From a bacterium (lineage in GTDB: Archaea; Thermoplasmatota; E2; JACPAO01; JAHFTW01), in NCBI GenBank assembly GCA_040390065.1, contig JAZJZE010000005.1, forward strand, positions 385,521-449,520: a stretch of DNA of 64,000 nt. Direction: 5' to 3'. Shown in pieces: positions 18,826-27,620 of this stretch. The notes under the pieces are model-generated. The model did not search any database, was not told the origin of the DNA, and saw nothing but the letters and a program-made list of their open reading frames with translations. Within the stretch, counting starts at the first letter, position 1, and every line of letters starts with the position of its first letter. The position numbers and the translations under genes were made by a program.

Positions 18826-18890
18826 TTCACGACGCGGTCCTGGATCCAAAGGCTCAGCGACTTGTAGCCCGCCTTCGTCGCCAGGTCGCG
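18826..18890 (-). pseudogene. Fragment resembling the RHH protein at 46041-46460
   Basis: Own translation RDLATKAGYKSLSLWIQDRVV versus RALAAARGIGLGPWMQEMVE; no nearby start codon. Confidence 0.35.
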
Positions 18891-18903
18891 GCAAATTCCT
18901 GTC

Positions 18904-20229
18904 CTAACCCAGCAATTCCGCGCGCAACCGTTTCAGGCTTCCCACAACGCTGGCGCGGCCTTCGCCCTCTAGCAGAACGCGCACGCCCTCGCGTGCGACG
19001 TTGACCTTGACGGGCGGCGTTTTGAGTTCCAGCAAAATGGCAGCTGTGAAGTCGTACCAATAGTGGTCACGATCTGCCACAGTCAGCAGGGACCACAAGA
19101 CCGGCGCCAAGGCAGCAATAGACTTTGGTCGATGTTCCGCCAGATCCTGCACCAGCGACAGAACGCTAGCGGCATAGTAGGGTGCGGGGTGGTCGTGGTC
19201 TCGTAGGTCTTCGAGCTCTGTAGAGAGCCACGCTGCAGCTTCGCGCGGGTGCCGGTCAAGGATGTCCAGCGCTGCGTCGCGAACTTCTTCCGACCCTGAC
19301 AAATGCATTCCCACGAGGAATGTTGACAGCTTCTCGAGGGCCTCCTCAGGCTGGATTTCGCCTGCGCCAAGTGCCGTGAGGATTGCCGACGGCGACCGAC
19401 CGATCTTTAAGTGCCATACCGGCCAAGCCAGTTCGCAGGCTGGGTCCCGAGCCGGCGGTTTCTTGGCCCCGAAGATGGCGCGGATCTCTGCGGGCAGCAG
19501 GTCCGGGCGACTGAACCCGATGTTGGACAAAGCCCACAGAAGCGGAGCAGGGCGACCGGCCCGCTTCCGAAGGCGTTCGAGCAACGCCGGGACCGTTCCC
19601 TCCACTAGCTCCGGGCGACCGTACCCAATCCAGCCGATCGCTCGGATTACCGCGTCGACCACGTAGCCATTGGGGTCCCTAGAAGTCGCACGAGACATCT
19701 CCGTCACAAGTGCCTCTACGGTTCTGCGGATGTCCTCGTCGGCGAGGTCGCTTCCGTGCGAGTACTCACGCAACAGCCAGTAATCCCAGAACGAACGTCG
19801 GTCCTCTACATCCCCGGCATCGCCAAGACCAACAACGGAACGGCCGTCCCACGAAGGTACCTGTGGGCGCCGACCGGCGATGGTGGCCAGCCCGTGCGCA
19901 GCCCATACGGCTGCCTGCTGAGGCCTTCCCTTCAGCTGGCGAGCCAGCCTATCTAGCAGCCACGTCCGGTTAACAGGTCCTTCCCAGACACCCATGAAGG
20001 CCAAAGCGCGGGCTGCTTCTTGCGCCCGGTCCGCCGGTTTCTCGCTCAGGTAGTCGCCTAGGACCCGCACTGCCACCGGATACCACAGGTCGTGGACCTT
20101 CAGGTCCTGGAACAACCGTTTGTGAATGCCGTACACCTCGCCACCGCCTTCCTGACGCGATAGGAGCGGCTGGAGCATCGCAGCGACCTCCCTGTAGTGC
20201 ATGGAGCGATTGCGCGGCTTGCCGGCCAT
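18904..20229 (-). CDS. Hypothetical alpha-helical (HEAT-repeat-like) protein
   Basis: 441 aa; repeated helix pairs such as AARALAFMG, AIGWIGYGRPEL and ALSNIGFSRPDL. Confidence 0.6.
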   Translation of the reverse strand: MAGKPRNRSMHYREVAAMLQPLLSRQEGGGEVYGIHKRLFQDLKVHDLWYPVAVRVLGDYLSEKPADRAQEAARALAFMGVWEGPVNRTWLLDRLARQLKGRPQQAAVWAAHGLATIAGRRPQVPSWDGRSVVGLGDAGDVEDRRSFWDYWLLREYSHGSDLADEDIRRTVEALVTEMSRATSRDPNGYVVDAVIRAIGWIGYGRPELVEGTVPALLERLRKRAGRPAPLLWALSNIGFSRPDLLPAEIRAIFGAKKPPARDPACELAWPVWHLKIGRSPSAILTALGAGEIQPEEALEKLSTFLVGMHLSGSEEVRDAALDILDRHPREAAAWLSTELEDLRDHDHPAPYYAASVLSLVQDLAEHRPKSIAALAPVLWSLLTVADRDHYWYDFTAAILLELKTPPVKVNVAREGVRVLLEGEGRASVVGSLKRLRAELLG

Positions 20230-20399
20230 TGGCGTGCAAGCCCGGGCCTAAGAATGAGGCTACCTGTGGCAAAGCCCCGATTGCCGGCGGGCGCCGGCGT
20301 GGCATCACTGGCTAGAGAGTAACCTGCCCGTTGACCACTTGGGCGGAGCTCCACGGGTGACGCCAACCTTTATCCATCTTTGACCAACTCGAACACTGC

Positions 20400-21365
20400 A
20401 TGCGGGCGGCCCTTGGTAGCATCCTGGTGGCCGTTGCCGTCTCCGCCCTTCTGGTTTCCTCTTTCCCCGTTGCAGGCCGCTCCCAAAATGAACTCCTAAC
20501 CGCCGTCGGCCAGCTTGGCGGAAGCAATCAAGCCTCATACCTGGCGTCGTTTCCAACCGTCGCGGTCATCAAGACCAATTTGGAGGCCAGGCTCCAGGTT
20601 CCCAACATGCCCCTTGCCGACCAGCAGCAGTTGGATGCCCTCCTGGTGCTAGCATCCAATCATGCTCAGGCATGGACTAACTTGCAGGGCATTGGACAGG
20701 GTGCCGGGCATGACCAACTCGTTGGCCTGCAGGGTGTGCTGGCTGCGGCCAAGGCCTTGAAATCCGAGTTGCAGACCAGCACTGCCGAGCCGGACACGGT
20801 GGACCTGTTGCTCCTGGCGACGCTGGACCTGCTCCGCTCCACGGGGGACATGGCCCGCAGCGCGGCCCAATCAACGGTCTCCGTCCCTACTGCGGATCGT
20901 CTAGCGTTTTTCCAGGTGGCAATTGAAGGTTACCAAGAGGCGGGGCAAGGTTCTAACGCCGCGGCAATGCAACGCGAATTTGATGGAATGTCGCGGACCT
21001 ATACTGCCGACATGGAGGCTGCTGACAACGCCATCCGCGCAGCTGAAACCGCTCGCGATGAACCCATTGCTTGGTTTGTGCCTTTAATCAGCCAATACGG
21101 TGGCATGAGGGCTGCCGTGTCCGACTTGCAAGCATCAGGGGCGAAACTCCAGGCGCACGGGGAAACCCAGCGATCCGCGCAGGCCCAGCAAGATTTGACC
21201 GGCTTGCAAGCCCACCTCGCACAGGCCCAACGGCAGCTGTTGCAGTCGTTGGCCGTCTACCTCGCAATTTCCCTCGTTGTTTGTGCTTGGGGCACGCGGG
21301 CAACCTACAGGTGGCAAAGCGACGTTCGAACTGCAAGCCTGGGAAGCGGCATTCCGGGGACGTGA
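20400..21365 (+). CDS. Exported helical protein with C-terminal membrane anchor
   Basis: N-terminal hydrophobic signal, Ala/Gln-rich helices, C-terminal TM (LAVYLAISLVVCAW); TTTAT at 20369-73. Confidence 0.7.
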   Translation: MRAALGSILVAVAVSALLVSSFPVAGRSQNELLTAVGQLGGSNQASYLASFPTVAVIKTNLEARLQVPNMPLADQQQLDALLVLASNHAQAWTNLQGIGQGAGHDQLVGLQGVLAAAKALKSELQTSTAEPDTVDLLLLATLDLLRSTGDMARSAAQSTVSVPTADRLAFFQVAIEGYQEAGQGSNAAAMQREFDGMSRTYTADMEAADNAIRAAETARDEPIAWFVPLISQYGGMRAAVSDLQASGAKLQAHGETQRSAQAQQDLTGLQAHLAQAQRQLLQSLAVYLAISLVVCAWGTRATYRWQSDVRTASLGSGIPGT

Positions 21366-21368
21366 CCT

Positions 21369-23513
21369 TTGCGCGTTGCCACCGTCCTTCTAGTCCTTCT
21401 TTTCGCCGCCGCGCTTCCGCCCTCGAGCCAGGCCCAACCGCCGCCGGCGCCTGACATTGTGCTCACGACGTCCTCTGGAACGTCATCCCTAGCGCTGGAC
21501 ACACGCTATTCAGCCACGGACTCGGCGACTGCCTATGTTACGGTGAATGTTCGCAACCAAGGAACCGCGTCGGGAACCGCCACGCCGGCGGCGGCTGCGA
21601 GTCTTTCCCTCCCGTCCGGGCTCACGGCCAACTGTAGCAGTTGTTCTACAGCTACTGTAAGTGCCGGGTCCTCGACTTCGTGGACTTACCAGTTCACCGC
21701 TAGCGCTTCCGATTCTGTGACGCCCGCCAGCGGCGCGGTGAGCATCCCTATTTCGGTTGCGGCGGGCACAATCACGTACACTGCGAACTTGGCCGTGACC
21801 CGCCAAGACGCCGGCCGGCTTTCTGCCCAGGTTACGCCCGCGGTCTACACTCTGCCTTGTCCAGGAAGCACGACTGGCTCGTCCACCTACATCACAGTCC
21901 AACTGACCAATGGCGGGGCCACGGCCGTGTCGCTGTTCTCCAATCCCACTTTGACCCAGACGACGGCGTCCGGGGTGACAATTTCGCTTTCCTCGCCAGG
22001 CAGTTCGTCAATTGGCGCGAATGGCGGCGCAACCTCTCTCCAATATCGAGTCGACATCAGTTCTGACTTTGCCTCGCGCAATTCCGGCGTTCAGCTTTCG
22101 GGTACAGCTGGGCTCCAAATCTCGTATTCCACGACGCGAACCCGACCCGACGTCTCGGCCAGTCTTCCCTTTACGATCACCATCCCAATCCAAGTGTCGT
22201 TCCTGGACAACGCAGGATTTGTTCAGACCGGTTCGGCGCTGAGCCACGACTTTGGGAATGTCGAAATGCAACGCGCTGCATCCCAGTCGGCGCAATTCCG
22301 CGAGTCCTGTGGATACCGCGCGATCTCCTTGTCCGCCGATGATCTGGCGCACAACTCGTTTGCGGTGGCGCCGGCTGCAACTACAATCTTGGGTGGCGGA
22401 AGCGCCACCATGGATTTCGGGGTCCTTTTCACCCCGGGGGGCGGGGCCAGCGTTTGCAAGGCCGAGAACTGGTCCTATCGCGTCGTCGGCTCCACCGCAG
22501 GTTCGCAGCAGTACACGCAGCTCTTCGAATTCAGAGCCCAGCCATCCTTCCAGGATCTGACGGCATACAAGGCCGAATTGGAGACGGCGGCTTCTGGCAT
22601 CGAAGGATACGATTCCTCCCTGCGCAATCACCTTCTCGCTCTTCGTAACGACGCGGACAGTCACACGCAGGGCGGCAGCGGATGCAGTGACGTGCAAGGT
22701 GAAACCGCTTTGCTGGTCGGAGTATTGCAACCCCTCGCCTATGCAACGCGAACCCTGAACGATGCCCAGGGTAAGGTTGCCGCATCCGACTTTGCAGGGG
22801 CCAGCACGGCCTTGCTGGGGGGGGCTGCGGCGACGCGAGCCATTAGGAACCAATGTTCCAAGATTGTCCAACTGGCTGATGCCGCGTCAGATTGCAAGGC
22901 GGCTACCGACGCTCTGACACTGCACTGGACTGCCCTTGCAAATCAGGCGCGTGACAACTTCAAGGCACAGTTGGGGCCAGGAGCAAATCAACAAACCTTG
23001 CTCGATGCCCATGCTGGGCTCGGCCTCATCTATAGGGCATTAAGCCAGCCAGAACAGGCCAGGGAGGAAGACCAGCTGGCGGAGTCCTCGAGTCAGCGCA
23101 TTCAAGAATTGCGCAGCCAAGCAACAGAAGAGTTGGACCAGGCGACAGGGACGCCGACGAATCCCTGGCTTTTTGCTCACATCGGAGACACCTCAGTTGC
23201 TTGGAATCCCCTGGGCTATGGCGCGTTGCGTGAATCGCGTGCGTCCACGGAGGCGCATTACGTTGCGGCAATGGACGCGTACAAGGCGGCCGGTGATACT
23301 CGGTCCGCCCAAGAAACGGAGCAAACCCTTGCAGCAATGCAGGCGACGTACGGCCGCGCTCAACTGGCTAGCCAGATTGTCCTTGGCATGTGGATCTTGT
23401 TGTTCCTGCTTATCGGCGTCCATGTATGCATCCAGACCATTGGCTTCGCCAATGACCAAAAGCGAATTGCCCTCGGGTTCACGTTGTTCAACTCACCAAA
23501 GGGAGGAAGGTAA
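21369..23513 (+). CDS. Large surface protein: Ser/Thr-rich Ig-like repeats, helical stalk, C-terminal TM
   Basis: Signal peptide; beta-rich repeats (VTVNVRNQG, ITVQLTNGG); helical region; TM IVLGMWILLFLLIGVHV. Confidence 0.75.
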   Translation: MRVATVLLVLLFAAALPPSSQAQPPPAPDIVLTTSSGTSSLALDTRYSATDSATAYVTVNVRNQGTASGTATPAAAASLSLPSGLTANCSSCSTATVSAGSSTSWTYQFTASASDSVTPASGAVSIPISVAAGTITYTANLAVTRQDAGRLSAQVTPAVYTLPCPGSTTGSSTYITVQLTNGGATAVSLFSNPTLTQTTASGVTISLSSPGSSSIGANGGATSLQYRVDISSDFASRNSGVQLSGTAGLQISYSTTRTRPDVSASLPFTITIPIQVSFLDNAGFVQTGSALSHDFGNVEMQRAASQSAQFRESCGYRAISLSADDLAHNSFAVAPAATTILGGGSATMDFGVLFTPGGGASVCKAENWSYRVVGSTAGSQQYTQLFEFRAQPSFQDLTAYKAELETAASGIEGYDSSLRNHLLALRNDADSHTQGGSGCSDVQGETALLVGVLQPLAYATRTLNDAQGKVAASDFAGASTALLGGAAATRAIRNQCSKIVQLADAASDCKAATDALTLHWTALANQARDNFKAQLGPGANQQTLLDAHAGLGLIYRALSQPEQAREEDQLAESSSQRIQELRSQATEELDQATGTPTNPWLFAHIGDTSVAWNPLGYGALRESRASTEAHYVAAMDAYKAAGDTRSAQETEQTLAAMQATYGRAQLASQIVLGMWILLFLLIGVHVCIQTIGFANDQKRIALGFTLFNSPKGGR

Positions 23514-24056
23514 ATGCCCCTTCGCAGAAAAGAGAGCAAAGTTGAGCAACGAGTTGCTGGCGTCATGAAAGAGATTGACGCGGAATACAGCTACTGGAGC
23601 CAGGAGTTGGAGAAGGCACGCGAAGATTTGGAACACGGTCGCCGCGCCAACGATGGACACCGGGCGGCCCGAGCCGAACAACGGATGGCCAGAATCGAGG
23701 ACCGCCGGCGCCAGATCAACAACATCATGGCGATTCTCCAGAACTTGAAGGACAATATCCGTTTCACACAGGGAACCATTGAGAAGTACCGTGAAATTGG
23801 CACCATCGTCGGCAAAGAGGGCACCGGCGCGGAAATGCGGGAGCACCTAGCCGGTGTCACCGAGCACTTGCAGGTCCTCACTGAAAGCCAGTCAAAGTTG
23901 GAAAGCCAGATGGATATTGCCTTGGCAATTTCACGGTCTCCTTTGGGATCTGCATCCTCGACTGTCCCTGCCAGCTCGCCCTCCGCCCAACCGGATTTGG
24001 ATCGTGAGAACGAGGAACTTCAGAAACGGCTTCGCAAGTCACGGCGACTTTCGTAG
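23514..24056 (+). CDS. Snf7/ESCRT-III (PspA-like) coiled-coil protein
   Basis: 180 aa, long helical hairpin, Ser/Pro linker, C-terminal EELQKRLRK resembling MIM1; abuts the upstream stop with GGAGG before it. Confidence 0.6.
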   Translation: MPLRRKESKVEQRVAGVMKEIDAEYSYWSQELEKAREDLEHGRRANDGHRAARAEQRMARIEDRRRQINNIMAILQNLKDNIRFTQGTIEKYREIGTIVGKEGTGAEMREHLAGVTEHLQVLTESQSKLESQMDIALAISRSPLGSASSTVPASSPSAQPDLDRENEELQKRLRKSRRLS

Positions 24057-24089
24057 CCCTCTAGCTCCCACCATGCCTGGGGACAGAAA

Positions 24090-24452
24090 TCAACTGACGC
24101 GAATCTCACGCCAGGAAACGTGTCCGGCTTCGACTTGCGCCTTCACACGCTGTTGCGACGGGCTGAGTCGGCTTGAGGCGCTCTTGATTTCCACGAACAC
24201 CACGCCATCCTCGTTGAATTGTACGCCATCAATGGGGCTTCCAATGAAGCGGAACTGCTTGGGATCCCACGGCCACGATTGCATAAACGGCGCGAAGTTT
24301 TCCGTAATCTGACCGTAACGCGTTGCCTGACTGCGCCCATCGAATTTCACTTTGCGCAGGCGACGCAGGAGGTACCGCACCCACATCGATAGCAGAAACG
24401 CGAGTGTTACCAGCCCGGCGATGGCCCAGCCGAGGGCCGCAATCAGTTCCAT
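24090..24452 (-). CDS. Membrane-anchored Holliday-junction-resolvase-like PD-(D/E)xK endonuclease
   Basis: N-terminal TM; GQITENFAPF, RFIGSPIDGVQF, FVEIKS..SRLS..Q, typical of the archaeal HJR-related family. Confidence 0.8.
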   Translation of the reverse strand: MELIAALGWAIAGLVTLAFLLSMWVRYLLRRLRKVKFDGRSQATRYGQITENFAPFMQSWPWDPKQFRFIGSPIDGVQFNEDGVVFVEIKSASSRLSPSQQRVKAQVEAGHVSWREIRVS

Positions 24453-24540
24453 GTGGTCTGAATGCCGGCGGAGGTTTTCAGCCCGCGGGTCGCAACTTGG
24501 TGGTGCTTCGGAGGCGGGCTGGCGGGTTCCCACGACTCCT

Positions 24541-26352
24541 TCACGAGGTCATCCGCGCTCGCCACGCCGGATCTTGAACCACCGTGCTCACCAGCGCCGC
24601 CTGGACTTGGAGAAAAAGGACTTGAGCTACAAGGTCTGCGCCAGTCCTTTGCCTTTCCTGAAATGCCTGCGAAAGCGCCTGCCATAGAGTCGAGGGCAGC
24701 AGGACGTCATGCCCGGCTGCCAGTTTCGTGATTGCCTCGTCCAGGCGTTGGATTGTCGCGCCAACTCGTTGGCGCTCCTGGATGAGTTGGTCTGAGGACG
24801 CCCGGAGGAGAATCTGGGCAGCATCAGAGGAAATCTCCAGGCGTGGGGCCGAAGCAAGGTTGCGCCGTGAGGACGTCAGCTTGTTAATGATCGCCTTTTC
24901 GGACAGAGTCGCCTGCAAAGAGGCAATCAGGTTATGGCCTTCCCGAACAAGGGCGCGGTGAACTGCGACCGGGGCGTACGGACTTGACAGAAGCAAGCCA
25001 CCCCATTCGGGTAAGCCCTGTAGACCAGTGAGAAAGGGCGCGGCTGCTTGATTGACAAGGGCGCCCATTTCAGGGTCGAAGCTTGCACATTGTCGGACCA
25101 ACCGCTCGCTATCCTGACGGAGGGCCACCAAGGCGTCAACGTCAGGTCCAGTTGGCTGGAAACGGAATCCTACCGAAAGCTGAATCGTGCCGTTGCCGCC
25201 CGACGCCGCATCTGCGACGGTGTCTTCGAATCCTTCCCGTTCCACTGCCGTGCCTACAAGGCAACCGTCCACGGTCGTCTCGACGTCAAATCGGACCCGG
25301 CCCTCCAGGTCGGATTTCTGTTGGGCCACAATTTGTTCCCCGCGCTGGAGGAAAACGGGGATTCCTTGCAATGCCGCGCCCGTGCGTTCGCCCACGACAC
25401 GTACGGCGATCGACACTCGGTCAGCGGTCAGCGCGATTCGTTGGACGCCGTCGGCCTGCAGGCGCACCTCCGTTGGCCTGTATCCGGGCGCCGATACGAC
25501 GGCACGACCGGCCAGGGGCGCCGTGAAGTGTAGGACGCCGTCTTTCCCTTTCGTCGCATGGCTGAACGGAACTTCCCCGGCAGCATGCTCGACAGATGCA
25601 CCAGAGATAGCGCGCCCGTCTCCGCTGTCTACGACCTGAATGCTAAATTCGTGCGTGGAGGCCCGCCGGGCAACTGGGGCGGCAGGGATGGGGTAGGTCG
25701 GCAAGGAGCCTCGTGCCGCCGTCCTTGTCGGCTCCGCCGCAACAGTTCGCGCCACTGGCCTGCTATGGACGGAGGGCGGGCGGGCGGCAGGATTTCGGTC
25801 GGGCGCGCGGGAAGTTTTCCCGGAACGGCTGCCAATCACGCTGATGAGACCCGAAATTCCAACCAAGATGACCGCGGGGCCGAAGCCCAGCGAAAGGGTC
25901 CACAGCCAGAATCCGCCGGGCAGTACCATGCCCGCCGCTACCTCATAGCCCCCGCCGGGAGGGGAAGGTGGCTGTGCAGTTGCGACTCCATCCTGGAAAA
26001 CCCGGAATCGATAGGTATTCCCGTTCGCGACATGGACCCCGTGATCGTTCAAGGTGGCGCGTGAGACATCCAGTTGACCATTTGATGGCGCCAGCCCTGA
26101 CACAGCGCCTAGCGGGCTTGCCGTCTTGTCGGCGACTGAATCGAACTCTAGGGTGTAGGTCTTGGAGTCGTCGAGCGCGTACCCCTTGGTTTCATTCGTG
26201 TCGCCAGGTTTGAAGTGAAGCTCGCCGAAGAGATCGAGACTTGCTGTGGCCTCGCCCCCAATGCGGCCCGAGCTCCAGTTCCACACGAGCACTCCGGAGG
26301 CCAAGAGGAGGCCGATCGCGAGCCCAATCGCTAACGGGAGCCCCACGCGCAC
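24541..26352 (-). CDS. Membrane protein with two carboxypeptidase-regulatory/prealbumin-like domains and a helical C-terminus
   Basis: Two TMs, Pro/Arg linker, IQVVDSGDGRAISGASV and VRVVGERTGAALQGIPV..SDLEGRVRF; start overlaps the tubulin stop. Confidence 0.65.
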   Translation of the reverse strand: MRVGLPLAIGLAIGLLLASGVLVWNWSSGRIGGEATASLDLFGELHFKPGDTNETKGYALDDSKTYTLEFDSVADKTASPLGAVSGLAPSNGQLDVSRATLNDHGVHVANGNTYRFRVFQDGVATAQPPSPPGGGYEVAAGMVLPGGFWLWTLSLGFGPAVILVGISGLISVIGSRSGKTSRAPDRNPAARPPSVHSRPVARTVAAEPTRTAARGSLPTYPIPAAPVARRASTHEFSIQVVDSGDGRAISGASVEHAAGEVPFSHATKGKDGVLHFTAPLAGRAVVSAPGYRPTEVRLQADGVQRIALTADRVSIAVRVVGERTGAALQGIPVFLQRGEQIVAQQKSDLEGRVRFDVETTVDGCLVGTAVEREGFEDTVADAASGGNGTIQLSVGFRFQPTGPDVDALVALRQDSERLVRQCASFDPEMGALVNQAAAPFLTGLQGLPEWGGLLLSSPYAPVAVHRALVREGHNLIASLQATLSEKAIINKLTSSRRNLASAPRLEISSDAAQILLRASSDQLIQERQRVGATIQRLDEAITKLAAGHDVLLPSTLWQALSQAFQERQRTGADLVAQVLFLQVQAALVSTVVQDPAWRARMTS

Positions 26353-27620
26353 TACTTCGCCTCCTTCATCAGGGCCTGGGCGCGCTTCACCCGATCGAGA
26401 TAGCCATCCAGATTGGCCTTGATTTTCTTCAGTCTGCGGCCGAGCTCCTCGTTTCCGGGCTGCAGGGTCAGCATCTGGCTTACCTGGTCGAAGTGCTTCA
26501 ACGGCTTGCGAAGGAGGGGGCGCAGATCAAATCCACCCAGCACAAGCAGGACGTCAAAGCCTGAGCTGTCCTGATCGCTCACCGTTAGCGAACTCATTCC
26601 GACAACGGTACTCAGATTCTTGCGCTGCCATTTCGTGAACGTGTCCAGGACACCTTTCGCCGTAAAGTCATGTTTGCCGAGCAGCTCCTCGGGTACACGC
26701 ACGATGAGGTACGCCACGAGGACGCTCTTTGGATCGACTTCGACGAAGGATTCCTTCAGCGCGAAGTCGAGCGCCAATTCGAGTTCTACAATGTCGGGAT
26801 CGTTGCCCAGGGAAAGCCCGCACGTGAAATGCGTGAGCCCCATCTTGCCGGGGAGCCGGATGAGATCCTCAACGTCAATGACGTTGACAGCGCGTCGGCC
26901 GCCGGCCGTTAGCAGGTCCAAGGCGTCGGCAATGCGCCGATTGATGTCGTAGAAGTCAGCCTCGGCCGCCTCCCCCGCATCTCCTAGACTTGCCAATCGC
27001 GAATTGTCGCAGAGCATTACCCAGTCGGCGTTAGGCATCCCCGTATCCTCCTGCATGAGTAGGCGAGACAGGCCGGCAACGGCATTGAAATGGCGGTGCT
27101 TGTCCTCATTCTCGAAGGGCCATGCGGCCACTGCAAAATGGTGGACCTTGTCTAGTCCCAGGCCTCCTTTGCTCTTCATGGAGCGGATGATGTAAGGGAC
27201 GCTGCCATTTCCGGTGCCGCCGCCAAGGGTGGTCAGACTAATCAAAGCGTCTCCCTGCCCGATGCCTACGGCCAGCATCTTGCGCCTGATGTTCGTTTCA
27301 AAGTGCATGACCGCATAGTCCTCACCTTGGGTAAACAGGTTGCCGGCACCGCGGTGCTCGCCGAACTCCACAACGTGTCCCTTACTGATTTCATCGATGC
27401 GATCCGACCCCGCACTATCATCGAGGCGGATGCGGAGTTCGTCCAGGATATTTGCGAGGTCGCCTGGATTGGAATTCAGAAGTAGGATTCGATTGCCAAC
27501 AGATGGGTGCTGCGTCTTCGAGAAGTACAGGGAAGCAATGCGCGTCCCCCCTTCTCCCGAGCCAACGACGGACCAGCGGCTATGCCGGCTCCGGCCTGCC
27601 ACCCCAGATTCATCAGCCAT
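26352..27620 (-). CDS. Tubulin/FtsZ superfamily (CetZ-like) GTPase 2
   Basis: VVGSGEGGTRI (T1), LNS..D, GAGN, LGGGTGNG (tubulin signature), FNA..GL, DN, VIDVED (T7); start ATG 27620. Confidence 0.85.
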   Translation of the reverse strand: MADESGVAGRSRHSRWSVVGSGEGGTRIASLYFSKTQHPSVGNRILLLNSNPGDLANILDELRIRLDDSAGSDRIDEISKGHVVEFGEHRGAGNLFTQGEDYAVMHFETNIRRKMLAVGIGQGDALISLTTLGGGTGNGSVPYIIRSMKSKGGLGLDKVHHFAVAAWPFENEDKHRHFNAVAGLSRLLMQEDTGMPNADWVMLCDNSRLASLGDAGEAAEADFYDINRRIADALDLLTAGGRRAVNVIDVEDLIRLPGKMGLTHFTCGLSLGNDPDIVELELALDFALKESFVEVDPKSVLVAYLIVRVPEELLGKHDFTAKGVLDTFTKWQRKNLSTVVGMSSLTVSDQDSSGFDVLLVLGGFDLRPLLRKPLKHFDQVSQMLTLQPGNEELGRRLKKIKANLDGYLDRVKRAQALMKEAK

